Of a stretch of 64,000 nucleotides of DNA, positions 10,494 to 20,862 are shown piece after piece (position 1 is the first letter of the stretch; every line of letters starts with the position of its first letter). The notes under the pieces were generated by a model. That model saw nothing but the letters and a program-made list of their open reading frames with translations, searched no databases and had not been told where the DNA came from. Made by a program: the position numbers and the translations under genes. Location: contig JANHCV010000010.1 in assembly GCA_025594325.1 (NCBI GenBank), forward strand, positions 434,001-498,000, given 5' to 3'. The DNA is from Blastocladiella emersonii ATCC 22665 (Eukaryota; Fungi; Blastocladiomycota).

Positions 10494-13400
10494 GTGACCT
10501 GGGCACGCGCGTCCATCTGCGACCTGTACGTGGCGCTTGTCGCTCACAATAATAATATCTCTGACCTCATCATTCCGGCTCTATCCAGCCCGATGTCGTC
10601 TTCGCGCGCTCGTTTGGCTGCAGCGAACCGCACGCCTGTTCGCAGCGAGCCTTCTCGGTGCTACCCAGCGTTCCTGACTGTGCGTGCAGACCTGTTCCTC
10701 GACAACATCATTCCGGCTCTATCCAGCCCGATGTCGTCTTCGCGCGCTCGTTCAGCTGCGGCGAACCGCACGCCCGTTCGCGGCGAGCCTTCTCGGTGCT
10801 ACCCAGCGTTCCTGACTGTGCGTGCAGACCTGTTCCTTGACAACATCATTCCGGCTCTATCCAGCCCAATGTCGTCTTCGCGCGGCCCGTTTGGCATCAA
10901 GACCCTCTTGGCGCAGTTCCAGGCCGTCATGTCCAACATCTTCCACAACATGCCGTTTGTGCGCGTCTTCATCGACAATCTCGTCATCTTCTCGGCCTTG
11001 ATCGAGGAGCACACGCAGCACCTCGTCCTCGTCGTCTACCGTCTCACGCGGTGGAACCTCCGCCTCAACCCCGCCAAGTGCTTCTTCTACTACGCACGCG
11101 TGCACCTGCTCGGCCACGTCGTCTCAGCCGAGGGCGTGCAGCCTGCCAAGGCCAAGGTCGTCTCGATCCGTGACTGGCCGCGTCCAACTTCCGGCAACCA
11201 GGTCCAGAAGTTCCTCAGCCTCGTCAACTACCTGCGCGCCTACATCCCGCTCGCCGCGGTCCTCATGCACCCGCTCGACGCGCTGCGCAACCTCAAGCGC
11301 ATTGACCTCGACGTCCGCAACGTGTGGACCGACGAGTGCGAGCAGGCGTTCCTCGCCTTAAAGGCCGCCGTCGCCGCCGCCCCGTGTCTCGCGCCACCTG
11401 ATTTCTCCAAGCCGTTCTTCGTCGCTACTGACGCCTCAAACGTCGGTCTCAGCGCTGTCCTGTTCCAGGGTAGCCGCGAGTCCCCGCGCTACATCTCGTT
11501 TGCCTCTCGCTCTCTGCAGCCCGCCGAGCAGAACTACTCGGCCACCAAGCGCGAGCTCCTCGGCATTGTCTTCGCGCTCACTCGCTTCTTCTACTACCTC
11601 CACGGCCGCCGTTTCGCGTTGTTCACCGCCCACGCGGCGCTCACCCACATGTTCACGCAGAAGCGCCTGTCGCCCATCCTCAAAAACTGGCTCGACACGC
11701 TGCTCTCCCTCTCGTTCTCAGTCACGCACCTCCCCGGCGTCCTGAACGTGCTGCCCGACATCCTTTTGCGCCTGTATAATACTGACGCCCGTGCCCGTCT
11801 CGTCGCCATCAACCGCGCCGGCCGGCGTCCTATATTGCGCTCCCCCCGTGAGCGCCTGCTGGTGGGGGGGGGTCCCTCTGGATCCTCTCCCATGCCGTCT
11901 CTCCCCGAGTGTGCCCTTGGCGACGGCGAGCTCGAGCAGCTCATGACGCACGATCTCTCCCTCGCAGAGAATCGTGCTCAACACTTCTTCCTCGCGCCGG
12001 CCTCGCTCCCGCCCGCGGAGCGGGCCCGCGCTTTCGCTGCCGCACCCACCCATGGGGGCAGCTCTTCTTCAACACCTGCGCCCGCCGTGCACGCCCGCGT
12101 CGTTGCCGCCGCACCCGCCCCCAAGGGTAGCGCGCCATGGCCCGAGTTCTCGCCCATCGGCACTGTCCCGCCCGCGCAGCGCCTCGACACGGCGCCCGTT
12201 CTGCGTGACCAGCGTGACCAGATCATCCGCGACGTGCACGACGTGGGCCACTCGGGTCCCGCGGCCACACAGCAGCAGCTCGTCGGCCTCGGCCACGAAT
12301 GGTCCGGCATGCTCGCCGACTACCAGCGCGTCATTGCCGGTTGCATCCCGTGCGCGCGGTTCTCGGCCACGCGGCAGGGTTTCCACCTGATGCGCTCGAT
12401 CGAGGCGCTGCTGCCGCTCGACCACCTGTCCATGGACTGCATGCAGCTGCCCATCTCGCCCGACGGATACACGCACGTGCTCGTGATCATCGACATCTGC
12501 ACCCGGTTCGCGTGGCTCCACCCGATCCGCTCCGCGTCTGCCGGCGAGGTCGCCACCTGCTTCCTGGCCACGTGCTTCCAGTTCGGTTTCCCGCGCATCA
12601 TCCAGTCCGACAACGGCCCCGAGTTCGCCAACCAGATCATCGCCTCGCTCGCCGACATGGCCGGCATCGACCGCCGCCTCGTGTCGCCATACCACCCGCA
12701 GGCCAACGGCGCCTCGGAGCGTCTCATTCGCTCAGTCAAGGAGATGCTGCTCCCCTCGCTCAACGGGCAGCTCGACCGCTGGCCCGCCATGGTCCCGGCC
12801 ATCCAGTACGCCTACAACATGCGCGCGCACGCGCGCCACGGCTCGACGCCCTTCTCGCTCATGTTCGCGCGCCCCGCCAACGCGCTCCGCGACTACCGCG
12901 CGCAGCCGCCCCTCCGCGACATGACCGAGCAGGAGCAGCTCGCTCGCCTCAAGCTCATGACCGAGTCCATCTACCCCGCCATTGCGCAGCGCACCGCCGA
13001 CCGCAACGCCGTTGTGCAGGCGCGCGCCGATCAGCACCGCAAGATCATCGCCACCGACTTCCCCGCGGGCGCCATCGTCATGCGCATGACCACCGACCGC
13101 GCCTCCCGCCTCGACCCACGCTACGAGGGCCCGTACACGGTGGTTCGCCGCAACCGTGGTGGCGCGTACGTGCTCCGCGACGCCACTGGCGTACTCGTCG
13201 AGAAAATCCCCGCGCACCACCTGCGCCTCATCCAGCCCGAGTCGGCGCCTTTGGGCGAATCGGACACCGTGCGCGACATCCTCCGTCATTGCGACGGCGC
13301 GAACGGCAAGCGCGAGTACCTGGTCCGCTGGTCCGATCGCTCCGCCAGGAACTCGTGGATCCCCGCCAGCGGCTTCAACACCGCCGGCGCCATCAACGAC

Positions 13401-13724
13401 TACCACAAGAAGATCTCGGCCGACACCCGGCTCGAGCGCCAGCGTTCGCTGCAGCGTCTCGCCTCCAAGGTCGCCGCGTCTTCCCCTGTGCCCGCTCCAC
13501 GCCAAGATCCTGCTCCTCGCCAAGTCTCGGCCGACAAGTCGCAGTTCTCGGTCACGCAGTCCTCGGCCGCCTCATCGCCCGCCCGCGCCAACCCGAAGCG
13601 CGCGCGCTCACCCTCGCCCGACCCGCCGTCGTCCATCACGCGCAGCCGGTCCGGTCGCCAGCTCAAGAACGCGGTGTACCAAGGGTTCGTCAAGTCGCTC
13701 AGGTCACGGTCTGGGGGGAGGTGA
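10494..13724 (+). CDS. pol: Defective Pol: partial RT, RNase H, integrase, GPY/F, chromodomain
   Basis: RT from PFGI..FQ..M..VFIDNLVIFS..EEH..HL; RNase H TDASNVG..ELLGIV; integrase HDVGH..CIPC, SMDC..SDNGPEF..NGASER; YEGPY; chromodomain EYLVRW..NSWIP. No protease motif. The true start codon is uncertain. Confidence 0.92.
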   Translation: MTWARASICDLYVALVAHNNNISDLIIPALSSPMSSSRARLAAANRTPVRSEPSRCYPAFLTVRADLFLDNIIPALSSPMSSSRARSAAANRTPVRGEPSRCYPAFLTVRADLFLDNIIPALSSPMSSSRGPFGIKTLLAQFQAVMSNIFHNMPFVRVFIDNLVIFSALIEEHTQHLVLVVYRLTRWNLRLNPAKCFFYYARVHLLGHVVSAEGVQPAKAKVVSIRDWPRPTSGNQVQKFLSLVNYLRAYIPLAAVLMHPLDALRNLKRIDLDVRNVWTDECEQAFLALKAAVAAAPCLAPPDFSKPFFVATDASNVGLSAVLFQGSRESPRYISFASRSLQPAEQNYSATKRELLGIVFALTRFFYYLHGRRFALFTAHAALTHMFTQKRLSPILKNWLDTLLSLSFSVTHLPGVLNVLPDILLRLYNTDARARLVAINRAGRRPILRSPRERLLVGGGPSGSSPMPSLPECALGDGELEQLMTHDLSLAENRAQHFFLAPASLPPAERARAFAAAPTHGGSSSSTPAPAVHARVVAAAPAPKGSAPWPEFSPIGTVPPAQRLDTAPVLRDQRDQIIRDVHDVGHSGPAATQQQLVGLGHEWSGMLADYQRVIAGCIPCARFSATRQGFHLMRSIEALLPLDHLSMDCMQLPISPDGYTHVLVIIDICTRFAWLHPIRSASAGEVATCFLATCFQFGFPRIIQSDNGPEFANQIIASLADMAGIDRRLVSPYHPQANGASERLIRSVKEMLLPSLNGQLDRWPAMVPAIQYAYNMRAHARHGSTPFSLMFARPANALRDYRAQPPLRDMTEQEQLARLKLMTESIYPAIAQRTADRNAVVQARADQHRKIIATDFPAGAIVMRMTTDRASRLDPRYEGPYTVVRRNRGGAYVLRDATGVLVEKIPAHHLRLIQPESAPLGESDTVRDILRHCDGANGKREYLVRWSDRSARNSWIPASGFNTAGAINDYHKKISADTRLERQRSLQRLASKVAASSPVPAPRQDPAPRQVSADKSQFSVTQSSAASSPARANPKRARSPSPDPPSSITRSRSGRQLKNAVYQGFVKSLRSRSGGR
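10568..10884 (+). repeat. 138-bp tandem repeat, 2.3 copies, in frame (46 aa)
   Basis: Unit starts catcattccggctctatccagccc at 10568, 10706 and 10844. Confidence 0.95.
13713..13724 (+). promoter_or_regulatory. Polypurine tract
   Basis: ggggggaggtga immediately 5' of the 3' LTR. Confidence 0.85.
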
Positions 13725-13940
13725 TGTTGCGTGTCGTTCATGTGGCCACGACCGCGGTGATCAATCATCTGATCTCGCGTGAGCCGCCCGCAATCCCTCG
13801 CTCCCGCGCCGCCGCACCCCGCTGCGGCGCGCCCTGCTTTGTTATCCATTCTCCCCTCTCCCCGTCTTGGGTTCGGGGCCGAAGGCAGGAATAGACATCC
13901 CTGACTACTTGTCTCCCGCCTCCTTCTGTCGGCATCAACA
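13725..13940 (+). repeat. 3' LTR
   Basis: Identical to 8480-8695 and followed by TSD CCACT. Confidence 0.97.
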
Positions 13941-14467
13941 CCACTCTGCGTGATTCGGCACATCGTCAGCTTGACCTCGGTTACGCGACCCGAAGATATA
14001 TCGCCGAGAAGCTCTGCGATAGCTGCGTCACCGGGTGCTACGCCCGTGGGCGCGACGGGCGTGTGAGGCCACGCGTCAAGTGCGACGGCAAGGCGAGGTG
14101 TATCGAGCGGCTTGAAATACTTGATAAGCGCCTTGTGCTCGCGCCAAAATGTAACAAACTCCTCAAAGCCGTTGTTGAGCGCCTTGTCGACCGAAGCGCT
14201 GTCGATGGTCGACACCTTGCCGCGGTCGCGCAAGATTTCAAGAAGAGCCACGTTTCCCGTCAACGTCGCATGCCTGACATCGAGGTAAGAGCAACGCGAC
14301 AAGACGACGCGGGTGACGTTCATAGAGTTCGCACGCGTTGTGACGCCGAGGTACTGCCGCATTGCGCGCAAGACAGGCCTTTTGTGAAGCTCGACGGCGC
14401 GGACCAAGATGGCCTCGATGACTTCGCACACGGCGAGCCTCGGTTGCGGGAAGTTCATGGCATTCAT
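13941..14467 (-). pseudogene. LRR family copy 4, 5' part
   Basis: MNAMNFPQPRLAVCEVIEAILVRAVELH...MCRITQSG. It joins in frame to 8474 once the element and one TSD are removed. Confidence 0.92.
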
Positions 14468-14906
14468 TTGCTTCGTGTGAGTCTAAGGACGAGGGGTGTC
14501 GTTGAGCGCGAGAGCAGGAGCAGTTCTCTTGCTCGCGAGCGTGGGCGACGTGATCGCGTTGGACACTTCGCTGGGTCACCGCTCGCACGCCGTCCGCTGA
14601 GGGACATCAGACCACGCGGAACGCGCACCCGGGCGTGCTCAGCGCGAACAGCGAGCGGATGGCGGCGAGCAGGCACGGCCGGCAGCCCGATCGCGGTCGA
14701 GGTGCCAGTGGCCCGCGGAGCCGAGCAATCGGGCACCCGGGACACGGGCAACGAGCAGCAGTAGCGCAAAAGTCGGAGCCATGGATGGAGGGAGTACGAA
14801 TAAAAAAAACTAGAATTCACAAAGGGGAGGAGACGACGGTGACGATGAGCGAGGGCCGCGACCAGCGCCGCGGCGCCGTGGTGAGACGCCGCGCGAGGGA
14901 CGGTGC

Positions 14907-15452
14907 TCAGCCCGACTTGAACAGCAGGATGGCGATCTGGCCGAGGTAGAAGTAGATGAAGTGCTACGAGCGCGGCGACGGGGGTGCGTCAGTGGCTGCG
15001 TAAAGGCGGTGGTCGAGGACGACGGGGTGGTCGAGGTCGACGAGGACAAGGAGACGGTAGAGGGCGACGAGGACGACGAGGGAGAGGACGAGGACGCAGT
15101 CGACGACGGGGAGGACGAGGAAGCGGTCGAGGACGAGGACGACGCAGTCGAATCGGAGCGTACCTTGGTCTCGTGCGTCACGTAAGAGCCAAAGTTGCGG
15201 CCGACGACGCAGTGCCACGTGGGGTTGTACTTCTTGTCGAACTCGCGCTTGATGAAGGCGGCCACGTCCTTCTCGATGTTGTACTTCTCCATGGCCTGGG
15301 TCGCGCAGTCGACGGCGTCCTGCTCTACACGCGGGGTGCGGGAAGGGGCGGTGGTGAGCCGTGGGCCCGCTCCGAGTTTCGGGGGTGAAGACCGACGTAC
15401 GCATCTCCTCGGACATGTCCGCGTTCTTGATGATGGCCTTGCGCTCAGACAT
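14907..15452 (-). CDS. DYNLL1: Dynein light chain LC8 (3 exons: 15452-15401, 15324-15164, 14963-14907)
   Basis: [17 protein letters not shown]|[54 protein letters not shown]|[18 protein letters not shown] with canonical GT-AG introns. Confidence 0.98.
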
Positions 15453-16216
15453 GGTGGTGGTTGCTGCTGTGTGTATGGGGAGGAGGGTGGTCTACGCGAG
15501 ACGGAGCGGGGATGGCGGCGTGAGTCGAGACGGTCTCACAACGACGGGTCGGCCGCGAGACGGCGCGCGCGCGCGGTGGGATGGCGACAGAGCGGGCGGG
15601 CGACGACGCGGATGCGGGGGCCCGCGAGACGTTGTGCGAGGGTGCCGGCACCACGAGCAGCGGTCGGGCAGAGTCGGAGACGCGCGCATAGACTCAGGAC
15701 GAGTGCCGATACGCAGCGCGGGGGCTGCATACACGCCGCCGTCGTCGTGCGCGTGACGCCGTTCGCAGTGCGCGCATGTGTCGAGTCGCCGAAGCCGTTG
15801 TCGAGATCCATCGGAGTAGCCGGTGCAGCCCGCGTCGCCCGCGAGTGTGCCATCCCCGCCTGGCGGGTCGCCCGGGCGCGCGCGCACGCCGCATCGGGGC
15901 CGGTGGCGGCGCGACGTGTACCTTGGAGATTCGTTTGCACCCAGTTACGGATAGCCGGGAGCGCCGATGTGCGAGGAGTTTGGGAGGGTGGTGGTGGTGG
16001 GTCGGGTCGGGGTCGGCGAGACGCGTGCGAGGGCGCGGAGGCAGGCGGCAGGCGGGGGACACGGGGAGGGGAGGCGCACACGGCGCGCTGCTCACGCCGC
16101 GTGGCTGCTCGAACACTCACGAACCGGGGGTCAGGTGCCCCGCGCGTGACGCCGCCCGTGTGGCGCGGCGCGTGACTCTTTTCGCGGGTGCAAATTCTAG
16201 GTGTATCGCCTTCAAC

Positions 16217-17031
16217 TCACATCACCGAACACTGCCGCACGCTCGCGCGCTTCTTCTTGCCCGCGCCCGTGACCGTCGACGTGAGCTGGACGAGCGACGC
16301 GACCGACAGCCGCCGCGCAATGTTCTTGGCCTGGTTGTCGTCCTTGGCGGTGCCGAGCAGCCGGCTCGCGATCTCGAGGAACATCGAGTACACGGACTCG
16401 GCCACGCGCCCCGACACCGTGTACTGCAGCAGGTCGTGCTCCTCGGCAAACTGCAAGTGGATCTGCGGCGACACCATGCGCAGGCCCGCCAGGTCCGCTA
16501 CACACGTATGCTCCGGCATCAGTGGACAAGTACCGGGAGGTTGAGCGAGAGCGTACACTTGGTCCCGACCATGGCCACGAGCGGGATCCGCGACTTGGCC
16601 GACCGCCGCTTGTGCTTGTGCGGCGCGTCGGAACTACCGAGTCCCGCAAGCTCGCCGCCTCCGCCGCCGCTCATCTCGGGCTCGGTCCCCGCGCCGTCGC
16701 CGCACACGCGCTCGACGAGCTGGAGCCACTGCTGGACGGACTTGAAGCTCGCGGGCTGCGTGGTGTCGTAGACGAGGAGGACGGCGTCGGCGTCGACGAG
16801 GGCGTTGGGCAGGCCGCGCGCGTGCAGCATGGATCCGGAGATGTCCCAGATCTGCACGACGCACGGCGCGTTGTCCGACAGCTTGGTCGCCTTCTCGTAC
16901 ACCTCGAGCCCCGTCGTCGGCTGGTAGTGCACCGAGAACCGGTCGTACACGAACCGGTGCACCAGGCTCGACTTGCCCGTGCTCGGGTTGCCCACCAGGC
17001 AGATCTTGACGACGCGCGGAAAGTCCCTCAT
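16217..17031 (-). CDS. RAB28: Rab28-like small GTPase (intron 16498-16556), CaaX CSVM
   Basis: G1 GNPSTGKS, QIWDISG, VLLVYD, PLVAMVGTK|SDL, HLQFAEEH and a single-Cys CaaX end. The segment pattern resembles Rab28 more than typical double-Cys Rabs. Confidence 0.75.
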
Positions 17032-17451
17032 TATCGTTTCATGGAGTTACGCTTTCATTGCACTCTGTAGCGACTGTGACGAAGGAGTCAAACGCGAACG
17101 CACAGAGACGCGACATCCGCACGCGGCGTGGCAGGTGCGAGACACGCGTGTCTCCAACCTCGAAAGTCTCGCGACGCGTCCAGAAACAACGTGATCGCGC
17201 GCGCGCTTTGCTTCCGCCGCTGGGTGGCGCGCGCGCCTCCGCCTTCGACCTTCAGCCTTTCCCTCCCCGGATCACTGCCCTTACCAACCTCGACGCTCAA
17301 TGGGAGCGCATGCATTCTGATACCACGAGCCATGGCTCCATGAATTCGCGCACCTGAGTCTCGCCTTGCACCTACTATTGCCGTCGCCGACCCGACCACA
17401 GACAACAACTACTACCGCTAGATCAAGACCCTACATGCAGCGCGCGTCCCG

Positions 17452-19303
<1,852 letters not shown>

Positions 19304-19398
19304 CGACCCCGCTCTGCCACCATCTCTTTTGTGTCTCCTCCGCCCGTCGTTCTCTGAGTGTTCCAAAGCGATTCCTCGAATCTATTATACTCTTCGCT

Positions 19399-20533
19399 TT
19401 ACTCGGCATCGCCAAACACGGGCGTGCGCTTCGCCACGATCGCGGCCATCCCCTCCTTGAAATCGGCCGTCTTGTACACGAGGGCCTGGGTGTCGGCCTC
19501 GCGGGCGAGTCCGCGCGTGAGCGCCTCGTCGACGCGCAGGCGCAGCGACTTGGTGGTCATGCGGACGGCGGTCGGGCTCGCGGACGCGATGCGGCGCGCG
19601 AGGGACAGGGCGGACTCGTCGAGCGCGGCGGTCGTGGCGGCGGCGTCCAGGACGAGGCCGAGGTGCTTGGCTTCGGCGCCGCTACGTACGAATCGGGTTA
19701 GATCCAAAGAAGCGTAGGAAGACAGCGAATGTCACAAACGTGATGATGTCGCCGGTCAGGAGCATGCGTGCGGCGACCTGCGGGTTGGTCAGCAGCTCAA
19801 TCGTGGTCTGCGCGCCCATGCCCGGGGTCAGGCCGAGCTTGACGAAGTTGAAGCCCATCTTGGCGTCGACCGTGGTGAGCCTACACGCCGCGGGTGTGAG
19901 TTCGCGTGGAATGACGAGTCATCGGCGCGAACACGTACTTGAGATCGCACGCCATGGCGAGACAGAACCCGGCGCCGACGGCGGGCCCGTTGATCTTGGC
20001 AATGGTCGGGAACGGCACGTCGCGGACCGACAGAAAGCGGGAGTAAAAGGCGCGCATGGTCTGCACGTTGGTCAGGTTGGACGCCTCGATGCGCTTCTGC
20101 AGGAAGTCGAGGTCGCCGCCTAGGCGTTGCACGGCGGGGATCAGTCACGGACTGCGCGCAGTGACCGAACAGCGGCGTACCAGCGCAGAAGGCGCGGCCC
20201 TCGCCCGTCAAGATCATGGCGCGGATCGAGTTGTCCTCTGTTCACACCCATCACAGCATCAGCAAGAGGGCACGATCGGTCCGGCAAACGAGCGCGCGGC
20301 GTACGCGACAGCGACTTCATGGTGGCAACAAACTCGTCGTCCATCTTCTCGGACAGGGCGTTGAGCGACTTGGGCCGGTTGAAGGCGACGGTCACGACGC
20401 CCGACGGCGTGCCGTCCGCGAGCACGTCGCGCGTGACGTGGAGGAACGGCTCGGCTGCCGAGGCGGTGGCCGCCGAGTAGGCGCGCGTGGCCAGGGCTGC
20501 AGAGAAGGCGCGGCGCGAGACGAGCGAGTACAT
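19399..20533 (-). CDS. Enoyl-CoA hydratase/isomerase (crotonase) family protein, probably mitochondrial, multi-exon
   Basis: FNRPKSLNAL, ILTGEGRAFCAGGDL, PTIAKINGPAVGAGFCLAMACD, KLGLTPGMG, DFKEGMAAIVAKRTP. Arg/Ala/Ser-rich N-terminus. Confidence 0.93.
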
Positions 20534-20862
20534 GGCAGTGACGGGTCGACGGGGTTGGGGGAGAAGAGAGAGAGGACGCGCTGCCCTCGAGGCGGAGGAA
20601 CAGCTGAAGGTGAAGCCGAGGATCAGGTGACGCACAGCCCAGCTTTGCCGCTCCGCCGCGCCGGGCGGCCCGCGGCCATGGCGTAAAATTTCAGGTGGGG
20701 CCGGCCGCCGACTCGGCGCGCCCCCAAACGTTCCTCCGCGGTCGCCGGCGAGGGGCCGCTTCCTGGGGCGGGGCGGGGCCTGGGCCTGGGAGGTCGCCGT
20801 CGATGGGCTCCTTCTCCCCTTCTGCTCTCACGCATACGATCTGGCCGCGCTGACGGCACCTC

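Larger units (their letters stand above)
8480..13940 (+). mobile_element. Ty3/Gypsy chromodomain-bearing LTR retrotransposon (5,461 bp), structurally non-autonomous
   Basis: Identical 216-bp LTRs with TGTTG...CAACA termini, TSD CCACT at 8475-8479 and 13941-13945, PPT at 13713-13724, and gag plus RT(partial)-RNaseH-integrase-chromodomain order. Confidence 0.97.
2723..14558. promoter_or_regulatory. Conserved (C)ACGTGATCGC motif upstream of LRR copies 1-4
   Basis: At 2723, 4759, 6907 and 14548, each 80-88 nt upstream of the minus-strand ATG. Confidence 0.55.

Noticed and set aside
10568-10884. 138-bp repeats and 23-bp solo-LTR repeats as CRISPR-like arrays
   Set aside because: Head-to-tail with no unique spacers, no cas genes, eukaryotic context.
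13400-14467. 355-aa ORF that looks like an LRR-LTR fusion protein
   Set aside because: Read-through from the split LRR gene into the antisense 3' LTR, a by-product of the insertion.
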